NCBI RefSeq assembly: GCF_006345805.1
Contig: NC_043013.1
Location: 56,978,001 to 57,042,000, forward strand
Direction: 5' to 3'
DNA length: 64,000 bases
DNA from: Octopus sinensis
Lineage: Eukaryota
The notes below the pieces were generated by a model. The model saw only the letters and a list, made by a program, of their open reading frames with translations, was not told the DNA's origin and made no database searches. How positions within the stretch are numbered: the stretch's first letter is position 1; each line of letters begins with the position of its first letter. Made by a program: the position numbers and the translations under genes. Shown here one piece after another: positions 51,246 through 64,000 of the stretch.

Positions 51246-53499
51246 GTGTCTGGTTTTGCTCCTTTAATCTTTTATCATAAGGAATAACAAAGCCGGTTTG
51301 AAATAGTGCGATAAAATAGTGCCCAAAAGATTCTGCATTCTCTCAAAGCGTGAAAGAATTCCTATTTTTTCCCCTCCTGTTTTAATTTATAGTCCAGACG
51401 TTTGAATGTTTTACGGTCAACTTAACCAACCATGACGAAATTAATTGCTATCTCTAGTTCGACTGATATCTAGTCCATTCCTGCTGTATAACAAGGAACA
51501 TTTTATGTTTGGCTGTGGCTAAGATGAGAAGAGGTGGCGTAGGAGTAGGTTTAGGTGAGTGGGAGGTAGATAGAGGAAGCTGAATGGCTTGAAGAATTAT
51601 TATTAAGGAAGAAGGCTGAGAATATAATTAATTCTTGATAGAAAAATCACTTTGATATGGTTAGTAGTTAAACGATGTGTGTGTATGTGTTTATATGGAT
51701 GCGTGCAATTGACTAAGGTTAATTGTAGTCAGTGTGTATGGAACTGAATTATGGGATATATATTGTAAAATACAAGATATTGAAGTTCAATTTTACATTT
51801 CATATTTAAAGGCCAATATTATGTGATGAAGAATGACTGTACTCAATAAACAAATTGAAGAAATTTAGTGAACATTATCTGTCGCGGTACATAATAGTGC
51901 CAACTACTCGTACATTGGTTTAGACATTTAATGTGGATTTTGGTTTATGTGATATGGTGAATGTAAAAGATTACCATTAGCCTGATGTAGAATTGGCTGT
52001 GATTATCGAATCAAGAAGGCAGAAATAGTTTGGTCAAACACGCAGTAGTGCTAACACATAATTTTCGTCCAAATAAGGCAAATAATAATTTAGTGTACTA
52101 TAAATTCCAGCAAGCCATGCCAACACATGAAAATAAACTTGCAAATTATACTGAGAGTGTTGATGCTGATGTTGATGGTGCTTTGATAATTGTTTCTCAC
52201 ATCATTTCAATTTTGTGCTTAATTTCATGGAAATGCAATAATTTGACAGGAAAACAGGGAAGAAAAAACAACAAAAAACAATTTTCCAAAGAAAATTCGA
52301 AACTCAAATAAGGCATTTTACACCGTTTTCAAACATTTCAGTTTTATTAAACAATTTTTAATCAAGTAAACTTGCCGAATCTTTATTCTTGTAATATATT
52401 TTTTCTGTTATTAAAAAAAACAGAAATAATACTAAAAATTATGTTTGTTCTATTTCAAACAGGCAAACATACTTTTGATTAGCCATAATTTTGCTGAGAG
52501 CAATTATAGAATAATTAGGAAGTCTTTGTCCAACGACTATTTCTGATATTGTTAAATACCGCTGAAAACTACATCATTCATAGGCATTCCTTTTATTTTT
52601 ATATTTTGTTCAGGTATTTTGTTTTTTATTATTGACGTTGTTTGTCTGCAAGACTTGGAATATTCTGTTGCAATGTCAATAAAGAATAAAATTTCAACCG
52701 TTAGCTTTTATATATTAATTTTATATATAACAAACGATATTAAAAAAGTTTTTAATTTTATATATAAAGCAATCGATATGCATCGTAAAAAACAACTTTA
52801 AAAATCTTATATATGACAAATAATATTTATTAAAAGATTTTTTTATTTTATTTTATTTATAATAAACGATATTTATCTAAAAAATACCGTTAGAAAACAA
52901 CCCTAAAATCGCCCAACAACCGTTATTATTTCCTACCTCAGGCTACTCTTTATTCATTATTTTTATTCAACAGCTCGTATGAATTGTTAATATTTGTTTT
53001 AATACTTTACTTTATGTCCTACCAAGACATATTTTATGTCTTCAACATTTATAATAACCTACATTTCAACATCACATGTTTTTTTTATTAAATAAGACAA
53101 ACGCAACGCATTTAAATGACAAAATACTGTATTTATAATAAGGGCAGGAAATGTGCAAATGAGATAAACATTTATTTTGACACATTGAACTCGCTGAGTT
53201 AAATCAATAACACACTGTGGACCATAGACAACATACGAAGCACAACTTTCAATACATGGTACACGAAGCTAGCTTTCTCTTGTATTATTAATAGATGATG
53301 TAAGCAGCAGCGATGGTTGGAGGAACTTGGGCTATACTACGGTTTGTGAAGCTGAGATTTAGAAAAATTAGCTGCTATGAATGTCTCCGATCTGGAGCTG
53401 ATAAGCCTCGAGGGTGTGGGCTCTTTCGTGACCCCTTTCTCGTCATAGCTAATCAGTCTGAGTTCAATGATTCTACTTTGATAATATCTTTATCAAGGC

Positions 53500-53707
53500 T
53501 GCGAGCTGGCTGAACCGTTATCAGGCCGGACAAAAGGCTTAGCAGCATTTCGTCCATCTGTACGTTCTGAGATCAAATTCCTCAGAGGTCGACTTTGCCT
53601 TTCAACCTTTCCGGGTCGATGAAATTAGTACCAGTTAAACACTAGAATCTATGTAATTGATTTACTCCCTCCCCGAAATTGTGGCCTTGTACCAAATTTT
53701 GAAACCA

Positions 53708-53710
<3 letters not shown>
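53500..53710 (+). mobile_element. SINE family A
   Basis: GCGAGCTGGC head, GAGGTCGACTTTGCCTTTCA body, GGCCTTGTACCAAATTTTGAAACCAAT tail. Confidence 0.8.
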
Positions 53711-53745
<35 letters not shown>

Positions 53746-56700
53746 GAAACCAATATATGTTGTCTTGTTTGTAGCCCTAGGCCATGGTAGCACATGATGT
53801 CATTGGAACAGTTGATTTCACCCTCCATTTATTGATATCTGATAAATGTGTAAATTATTTTTGTTTAGTCATTTTTGTTTAGCCCTAGACCAAATGAGTT
53901 CTGTCAGAATTTAAAAAAGCATTCAAGTTAGTTTCACCGAGCCATTTTGCAATCTGTTTTTTCATTTATAAGATGGCAATGTATAATATAAAAATGATTT
54001 AAGTTATTTTTTCTAACAAGCTTTGAGGCTGCGTATAGACTATCATGTTAACTCATGCTGATCATATCTCATTGGCTCATAATGAGTTTTGGCCTATGGA
54101 GACGCAATCCCGCTCGTTCATGGAACGGTTAAATCATTGACTTGTACGAAAAACACTGGAGAAGGTTGCAACTTTTGATAAACAAAACTTCTATTACATT
54201 TGCAACCCAAAAGAACAAATACCGTCGTTATTACGAATGACAAAATATCGAGAGAGTTTGAATGCTATTATTCTTGGTCTAATTGTAATAGTAGTCAATA
54301 AGTTAACTGCTGCTCGTTATGTTGCTGTCACCGATCATTCATTGTGGTTGTTGTCAGCAGCTGTCCGCGACTGTTTGCCGTCCGTCTGCCATCTTTGCTC
54401 TCTCTATTGTATTCCAAAGTTCTCTGGCTAGTAGCCGAGGTGAGCCGAATTTATACTGATGGATAGGCTCAAAAGGAAACACACCAAAAGATGAAATCGT
54501 TTCTGGAGTCTATTCCTTCGAAGTTGTAATTGGCCAGATTTTGTTGATCACGTGGGCAATATTCTAGCGAATTGTGACATCGGGTGTATTGAGGTGACTG
54601 CAGAACATTAATACTACAGACTCACTGAGAGGCCAACTCGCTGACTTATGGAGTGTCTGTCTTCATTGGCTCATATCGAGATTATTTCCACGCGTATAAG
54701 GTGTATAAGATGTTGAGATATACATCCCCCTCGTTATTCCTTATAGAATTATGTAAGAGAAATCACTTCTTTTTCTTCTTCTTTATTCTCTTTTCTCCAG
54801 AAATGGTCGCTCACAACCTAAGGATTGTTGTACACCAGACATTGACCAACCATCTGTTGTCATCACAACCAATGTGTAACAAAGACTCAAGTTTCAGTAA
54901 CTGTAAAAGTGTGTTAGGCTGAATTATTATCAACTGGAAAATGTATGATTTCTGCAAAGTCTCTCCAAGACAATAAGGCTCTGTAACTTGATTTTTGTGA
55001 TTCAAAGTAGAAGTCAGTTCCATATTTGATTTCTCGAAGCAGACTTACTCAAACTTTGTATTTAACAACGTAAAAGACGATCAGCTTCTAGCAAAGTAAC
55101 TGGCACAGGTTCATACACGTCAAGCAAGAAATAGCGGTCAATTTTGAAATAGCAGCCATATTTTCTACTATGATAAGAATATAATGAACACAGATGACAG
55201 ATGAAATACTTGGACTTTCGACAGTTACTGTCAAGCCACATTCGTATGAACCTTCAGACGAGCCTCCACATGGTCACACATCTTGCTAAAACAACACCCA
55301 CTTCTTTAAACTGAACTTTGACATATTAAAAAGGGAAATCATGTTGAAAAAGGGAGATCTAAATATTTCAAAGACAGGACAATCACGTAAGGAAATATTT
55401 GGTTGTAGGACATTTTCCTTTATTTCTAAACAGTAAAAGCAACATTGCAGTATTGCCCACCCCTAGGAGCACAACTGTTCTAAACATTAGTATTCTCAAA
55501 TTAAAGACGAAGCTCTTTGTAGTCGTTTTATGTGTTAGAAACAGCAGTTAAATTTGCCTCAAAACACATCCCAATACAGTTCCAACAAGTCTTCTATAAG
55601 GAAGGTTAGGTGCATTGTCAAAATAAATAAAATCTATATTTTAAAGAAACTGAAAAATACAAATCGAAAGTCTATCAATAATAGAAAATCGAACAGTAAA
55701 GCAAGCGCCAATGTTGGAAGTGAGGGAGTGCTTCGTACCTTGTAATCAGTTCAGAAAATCTAGCAAAAACATCGGATTTGTGATTCTGATTGAAAAAAAG
55801 GGGATTTATTTAGCAAACAGTGAAGTACTTTATGACTTCCTATATTTCCATTTATTAAAATTTATAAATTTAAAATATAAATAACTCTTATTAGCACAAT
55901 TTAATTTTTTTTTGCATAAATTGCACCTAAATATTTCTATTTACTCTGAAGTTCATTGCAAATCAAAACAGTTTGAGTAACACGGCCATAACGTATTTGC
56001 TCAATTTGCCATAAACAGCAGCTAAGATTCCTTTAGATCATGCTCTAACCTCGGAAAAGGTGTATAATAGAGATTTTAGTTTGATGCAGAGAAAGCCTTA
56101 GAATGGCAGGATGACGACATCCTGTTTGTCTTTGAGTATAAGACTATTCAAATGAAATGCCTGATGTTAAGCATGAGCAACAATATAATCCTTTTGGCCA
56201 ACATTAATTGAAAGGGTGTCGGCCTAGGTATCAACTGTTCATTAATGAAGGTGTTCGTGTCTTAGAGGTTAGGGTACTGTACTTAGAATCACAACACCAG
56301 TTCTGATTCGCAGAGTAGTAGTGCGATATTTTTTGAGCCAAAAACACTTCCTTTCACATTAGTCATGTCCATTCAGCTGTAAACGAGTCACCACGTGATT
56401 AACCGGTGTCTCGTTCAGTGGAGAATATTGTGATCTTATTCACTTGTACCCTTTGGAAACTGGGTAGGTGGACTTAGATGTCTCTGGACCTGAGGCAGAA
56501 GTGTCCGAGCCTTACTACCTTTTACATTAACCAACACAGTAAAGCTAATCACTCACAAATTAACAGTATACTAGTTAACAAGATCATGACCCCTGCTTGA
56601 TTTGAAATAGTATGCTATGGTTAGTGTCTGCCCAGACCCAGGATTGTACCCACGTCTAGGTATCGAAACTCCGAAGTGTTTCTTTCTTTTGGCTTCATAT

Positions 56701-57461
56701 CAAAATCGTAACAAAATGCTTCGTATTCAAAACTACAACATTCATGTTCCCCTCCATGTCTTGTTCTTGTCAAACGTCTTGACTTTGTCCGACCCTTTTG
56801 AAGGCCCTGCCTATGATATCTGTTCTGGATTCTGTGAAAGAAATAATATTGTAAACGTATCTTAAGAACTGAGAGGAAATCCCAAAGGTTTCACTTCAAA
56901 TGTAACTTCGTACCTCAGTACCAATGTAGACAATATCAGCACCACAATCTTCAAATTACATGATTAGTTCTCAAATTACACGTCATCAGCATAATCTTGA
57001 TCGCTGTCATCATCGTTAGTATACTTATGCTTGGTTTTTGCATATTGGTATGGGTTGTACGAGACATGTTGAAGCAGTATTCTATGGCTAGTCACTGTTT
57101 TTCTCACAAGCAAATAATGTTTAATATTTTAGTAATGAAATAATAAAAATATACAAAGCGGACCTGAGTCAGACACGGACGAGCAGCAAAATTTTGAGTC
57201 CTCAGAAAGAAAATAAATAAATAAATCCAAAAAGAAAAACAAAAGAAAAAACCCACAGAAATAAAAAAATGACTAAATATAAATCAATAAAGCAGTTTTG
57301 TGCGTTCTGAAATGATACTTTTATGATGTAATTTTTTTTTAGTTTCACCAAAAGTCATCGCTTATCAAATATCTTGTTAGACAAGTGTAGTTCCAGAATA
57401 TATATAAACAGCTTAAAGATTATGTGTATAGAATAGAAATACATATATATAAAATTATATA

Positions 57462-58732
57462 AATGTAGTATCAAAAAGTTCCCGGACTAGTTCTGTAGCC
57501 TGCCAACAGATGGCAGCACAGGGTTGCGTGCGTAATGAGATCTAGCTGTCATCTTAATGAGACATTGTGCCGAGTAATATCCCTGTTTTTACTTGGCAGG
57601 TTGTGAAATTTGTATTATTGTGATCACGTGCATGCTGTAGTCTGCGATTTTCTGATGGATAGAAATTTAGAATAATGTGAGATTTTGCGTTAAACTTGGG
57701 AAGTCCGTTTTGGCAAGCTTACGGTGACGAGGCACTGGGTCGTACGCAATGTTTGAAATGGCATGGGTGCTTCAAAAGCGGAAGAACATTCCTGGAAGAC
57801 GGAGAGCAATTTGGAAGATCTAACACGAGCGTCACCCTCGGGTACGTGGAGAAAATTCATCGGCTCGGGCTTGAGGACCGTTGGAGGACAACCAACGACA
57901 TTGCTGGTGTTGCTGGTCTAACGTATGGGTCCGCACTGGCAATACTAACATCTGGATTGAACATGCAGCGTGTCTCTTCTAAGTTTGTCCCCCAGCTTGC
58001 TGAGCACTGGGTAGAAAGAACATCACGTTGAAGCCTATCAAGATCGCCGTCAGCGTTCCACTGATGACCCATCCTTCATATCGAGGATTATCACCAGTGA
58101 CGCGAGTTGGGTCTACGGGTGCAACCCTGAGACGAAGCAGCAGTTGTCACAATGGAAGAGCCCTTCATCTCCACAACCAAAGAAGGCACGACAGACTTGC
58201 ATCTCAATCAAGAGCATGCTCATCGTTTTCGTCGACATCCGTTGCTTCAAGAATTTTCCCTCCAGTGCCAGACTGCCAATCGACAGTTCTAGTTTGACAT
58301 TTTGAAGGGTCTCAGGAAGAAAATTCAACGAAGGTAACCGAATCTGGTGAGCGCGAAGAATCCAATTCTTCGCGACGACAATGCACCCTGTTACTGAACT
58401 CTCCTCACTCGTGAGTTTCTCACCAAAAGCAACATGGTATCGCTTCTTCCCCTGCCTAATTCACCAGATTTAACACTGCAGACTTCCATTTCTTCCCCAA
58501 GATGAAAAGGGAGCTTCAGCCTAAAGGACTCTGTTTTAGCCCCATTGTCGAGATACAGAATGAATCGCAGAAGGTCCTCGACTCGCTTAAGGAAAACAAC
58601 TTCTAGGATGGATTCCAAAAGTGACAGAAACGCTGGGACCAATGTATTGCTGCGTTAAGTGACAATTGCGAAGGAACGGATGCTAAAGCGTAGGTAAATA
58701 ACATAACTTGTCCGAGAACGTTTTGATACCAC

Positions 58733-58735
<3 letters not shown>
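57462..58735 (+). mobile_element. Mariner-family DNA transposon with decayed transposase and ~28-bp TIRs
   Basis: TIR GTAGTATCAAAAAGTTCCCGGACTAGTT (57465) pairs with AACTTGTCCGAGAACGTTTTGATACCAC (58705-58732). Motifs FCVKLGKS, KWHGCFKSGRTFLED, IITSDASWVYG, ETKQQLSQW, KSMLIVFVD, DNAP and NSPDL. Confidence 0.92.
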
Positions 58736-58771
<36 letters not shown>

Positions 58772-58985
58772 TACATATAGGAATATACATGAATATATAT
58801 ATATATATATATGCGTACATATATAAACACATATATATATACATATATATTTATAATATATACATACTTATATATATATATATTTATATTTATATATAAA
58901 TATATATATATATATATAGTTTTGTTTGTATACGTATGTGTATATGTGTAAATGCATACATATATGGATATATATATATGTGTTT

Positions 58986-59017
<32 letters not shown>

Positions 59018-59844
59018 GTATATATAAATGCATTTTTGTATGTATATATATATATTTACTTAGAAAAAAATAGGTGCATATTTTTTATGTCTCTCTTTAT
59101 ATGATTAACTGAGTGCAATGGCATGTGCAAAGTGGCAACTGTAAACACAAGCTGAGATAGAATGCCTTAGAATGAAATCTCAGTCACTGTCTCAATACGA
59201 TTCTTTCAATTATCTTCGCCTTAAGCAAGAATCTATTTTCGGCTCTGTAGAAATCGTAACATTCTCTATCTAGTTTCGCTGTAGAAGTTATTCATATTGT
59301 ATGAGTATTAGACAAAAAAAAAAAAAAAGCAACCAGACTTAAAACGAAATTAGTTCAGATATGAAAGTCTTTCGCTGCTGGGCAGAACTACATTTTAAAA
59401 CCTACTTTGAAATAATGTTAAATGTGCTTTTTTCCCCGTTAAATTTTCATGTTTTCATTTTTGTTCTTTCTAAATTTCTTTACAATTCATGTTATTCTAC
59501 AGTAGTTAAGCATTGTCATAATGCTTTATTCCTTTTACATTTGGGCACTTGCTATGGATTTTGTAACACATTTACTAAAATGTCTACAGGAATACAATTT
59601 CAATGATAATGCAATGAGTGTTGTTCATTTTTGGCAGTGTAACCACTTCTGTGCAGACTTGACTAAGGTCTACCAGCAGTTCTCAATATTTAGGGAAACA
59701 AAACCGACAGACATTAAATACTTATAGCCACATACATATATACATATGTCTACAAACACACACACACACATACACACATCTGTGCAAAGCGGATGTGAAT
59801 ACTAACGAATTAAAGGAAATAATGCTGATCGATGAAATACTTTC

Positions 59845-60010
59845 AACGTTTGGCACAAGGCCAGCAATTACAGGCGAGAGGTAAGTACTTATTTTAATAA
59901 GCTTGAAAAGCAAAGTCGACCTCGGCAGAATTTGAACTCAGAACGTAAAGACGGTCGAAATTCCGCTAAGCATTTTGCCTGGCATGGAAACGATTCTGCC
60001 AGCTCGTTGC
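59845..60010 (-). mobile_element. SINE family A
   Basis: GCAAAGTCGACCTCGGCAGAATTTGAACTCAGAACGTAAAGACG...ACGATTCTGCCAGCTCG. Confidence 0.82.
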
Positions 60011-60250
60011 CTTACCGACCAATGTAATATTAAATATTCAAATAATTTAGTCGACTTTCAACCGACACTGACAATTACTTGCAGTTTGCTCATGTGAAAA
60101 AAATCATCTCGTATGTCAGTCTAACATGTTACATTAAAATTCTAGAAAAGTCTTATGTTTTAAGTAAATTATTTTTCGCATAATTACAGTAAGCTTTTGA
60201 GTTGGTTTCATTCGCTCTAATGATGTACACATACACACACACACACACAG

Positions 60251-60317
<67 letters not shown>

Positions 60318-63300
60318 GTGTGTGTGATGTGTATGCGTACATATATGCACATATTCATACATATATGTATGCGTGCATATAGATTATTACATTTATAGTC
60401 GCATTCTTATTTATATACATATTCCTGTATATTCTTGTTGTATATTCATATTTATACATATATTGTGCTTATTTATACACACACATAAATATATAGTTAT
60501 ACATACATATATATCTTCACATTTCTATGTATATAAATTTTCTCCCTCACTCTCTCACACACTGTATATATACACATATATATATACACGTTATATATCT
60601 ATATAGGCTTACCCACACCTACTCCTGCATATATACATATCCAACCAGTTCTGTTATTGAAAAATTGTTTGTTGAATATAATACCTTTATGGCTGAATTT
60701 TAATGCATTCAAGTAGACAGTAATTGAAAATGTTCACTGTTGAAGGACAGACATTAATTGATATTAGAATGATGTAGAGAGCCATAGTCAAGTTTAGAAA
60801 CCTCATAGAAACTTTATATATGAGATTGAAATAAGAAGTGAAAGATTGCGAGGAGACAAATGTAATATTTGTGGTGGAGAAGTCATAAATTTAAGTGGAA
60901 ACTGTTTTTATCAGATGAATCGTAAAGTTTTCCATTCATAAATCCACAACAACTTATCGCATTTGAAATGTATTATCTCTTAAAATACAAAAGATAACGT
61001 CTTTTGTCAAAATTAGTGATAATGAAAAGCTTGTAAAGATATGAATGGAAACCATATAGAAACAGATTTCAATGGCTAAATGTTCAAGTCATACACTGAT
61101 CGAATCAAGTTTTTCAGTTGAAAATTTCATTTTCTAAAATTAAATTATTTCTAGTGGTCGATTCTCCAACGTCAAAATGATGAAGCTAGTTGTTATATAA
61201 CTCAGGATCAAATCTGATCCGATCAAACAGATCTATGCTCAATAGTGTTCTATATCTGACTATTTGGGTTTTTATTGTTATATCAATGGGTTCATTGTCT
61301 AAAGTCACCTTCTTCATTTTCAAACACAATATATTTCAGAATGATTCGCTTGCTATTGATAGCAGTTCAAGTTTGGCCTGGTTGGAGCAGTGACTCTTAT
61401 AAAGAAAGAAGATCATTTACTGATTGATAATGACGTAAAAATTGGATTGATGATTGATAGAATGCTAAGGTTTATTTTGTTGATTGATACAAATGTAAGA
61501 GATGTATTGGTGATGGATCAAAAATAGGACATTTACCGGTTTCAATCAATTGTAGCCATGATGGGATACTGACATCAAATGTTTTTAATCAGCCCTGGTA
61601 TTTAGTTCCGTTTTGTACTTCTTTTTATCAATCTCTACATCTCGAACAACTAAGTTTTACCTTTCTGTCATAAAAAGAAAACAACACACAGATTCACACA
61701 CACACACACACACACAGACGCTCCCACACACATATATTTCTGAATTTCTAAGATCAGGAATTACCATTATAATACACTGACATATTCAAACCATCGTCTT
61801 GAACTTGTTTACCTGAAGCACAAGGTTTCGGCCATTATACACTCAGTCCTTATTTGAGAATTATCCTTATTTTACACGGATATGTTTATTAACTATAACT
61901 CAGATTCCAATTCTAAATGGAAACATTCTTGAAATTTCGAACGTTGGGTTTTGGTTATTCTCAACTCATTGTCCTTACAAGAGATGTTCCATTTGTGATA
62001 TCGCTCATATAAATGATTCTACAAGTGATGCCACTAGAGCCAACGTATAAACAAACCGAATGTTGCAGGAATTGAACCTACGCCCAGAAATTAATATGCA
62101 GCACTTTAAAATCATTACACGCTTATAAACAATATCCTACGATCCTGCAGGACAAAGATAACTGAAGATTTTAAATCTAAATATTTATGGTCGTAGATTT
62201 AACATTTGCTTCGAATTAAATAAGGTTTAAAATCAGTATTCTTGTTTGTTTAGATTTTTACTGATGTTATTCAATAACCTATGTCCCCACTGGAGCATCG
62301 CCCTTACTTTTAGTTGACTGGTACATAATTTTAAGATTGTACATACTTTAACACTATTTTTTTGCACCACTAATCTACAGTGCATAAGCAACATTACTGT
62401 ATAAACATACAAACATAGAAACATAGAAACATAAATACAGACACATACCATATACATACACACACACACATTTATATGGGCTTCCATACAGTATCCATCT
62501 AACAATTTCACTCACAAAGTGTTAGTCAATCCAAGTCTTGATGACACGTGTTTAACGAGAAATGTTTTGTGACCGAACATGAAACCACGTTCTTGAGAAG
62601 TAAAACTTTAAAATAAACGTCTGTCCTTACACCTTTATTACTGGTACATTTGTTTTTCTTAGAAGCTTAGAGAAGAGCCAGTTGAAAGAGACAATGGGTT
62701 CAAGTCCAATCACCTGAAATTTTATCTGATATGAAACAGCGTTGCGTGATTTATTAAAACTTTAACAACGTAGTAGCTTCGACGTCTTTCCATGATTAAA
62801 AATGCTTACTTCTTGTCTTAAGAGTAGAAGTACTAACATTGAAGGCGAAAATGTCGACAAGTTTGTAACAAAGACTGTACACTTGAAAGATCATCTTTCC
62901 AAAGACTTCACCTTTTGTACTCTTTTGTAGGAAATTCATACCATCTCAAGCATCCACTGTCTCATAAATAATGCTATTTGAAATGGAATTATATATTTAA
63001 CCTCTATGAACTTACCACCATCTTGCAGTTTACGAAGTAACCGTAGAATTACCAAGGGTACTTTTTGCTAGCTCGGGTACCTTATCGCCACTCAGCTATT
63101 TCACAATATATCACAAAATAGACGAGATAATATATTATCAATAAATATTCCAAGTATCAGTAAATTAAGCAATGTTGTCTAAATAAGCATGAATTGAGAT
63201 TAGCATAAATCTATGAATGAGATGCAAAATTATTCATAATGTCTTGTGTAATTACTTTTTTTTTATATCTTAAGAGGTGTCTTTATATCTTCTTCGAAAT

Positions 63301-63749
63301 AATTGAAAGAAATACCCTGCCATTCCCCATGGAATTCAATGTATTTATTTATGAATAAATTATTTGCAATAGTAATGAAATGATTTTTTTTGACTTTCGA
63401 TAATTTTTTCTGAGTTTCGTATAATCCTTACAGCACATTGTCATCTGAAGACGAGGGTTCTTATTGTCACTACTCGGAGTTTCTCGTTCCGGAAAACTAA
63501 CACTGAAACATGTTAATCGGTGCGAACGTAAACGTGCGTGGCGAGGAAACAAAGTTTTTCTCTCAAATAAATATATAAAATCTACCTTTTTTTGTTTGCA
63601 TATGTATGTATGTATGAATGAATGTGTGTATGTATGTCACTCGTTCTCCCACACTCTAATATGCATGTGTATATATATATATGTATATACATATATATAT
63701 ATGTGTGTGTGTGTATATACATATATATATATATGTATGTATATGTATA

Positions 63750-63798
<49 letters not shown>

Positions 63799-64000
63799 AC
63801 ACACACACACACGTATGAAGGAAAGTAGAATGTGCTGCAAGGCACATTTTCTCGATGCTAGTCACGTGACTTTCCAAATGACACGTTCGGAAACAACAGT
63901 CCGGAACCACTTACTGCTGATTAAAAAATTCGAGAGCTTTCAAGCTGAAACGTCTGCAACAACTAGTACACTAAGTTTTAACAAACACAGAAATAACTTC

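Overview
This is AT-rich eukaryotic DNA dense in microsatellites and transposable elements. The SINE families and the (TA)n/(CA)n/(TAA)n landscape suggest an octopod cephalopod (inference). No intact host gene is recognisable. Almost all supplied ORFs are microsatellite read-through or transposon remnants. The window holds a CR1/L2-clade LINE, three R4/Dong-like retrotransposons separated by (TAA)n, RTE fragments, two Penelope-like element (PLE) remnants, Tc1 and mariner elements, a likely Helitron relic and many tRNA-headed SINEs. The most notable signal is a ~530-bp tandem repeat at 1-1115 in which each full unit carries a complete type I hammerhead ribozyme with a palindromic stem III (retrozyme/ribozyme-satellite-like). 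Other highlights are a tRNA-headed SINE carrying a minimal hammerhead fold, a 39/40-bp minisatellite apparently expanded from inside a PLE ORF, several fold-back palindromes, and a SINE/LINE shared 3' stem-loop. All protein-family assignments come from motif recognition by eye, not database searches. Element boundaries are approximate unless a terminal repeat is cited.
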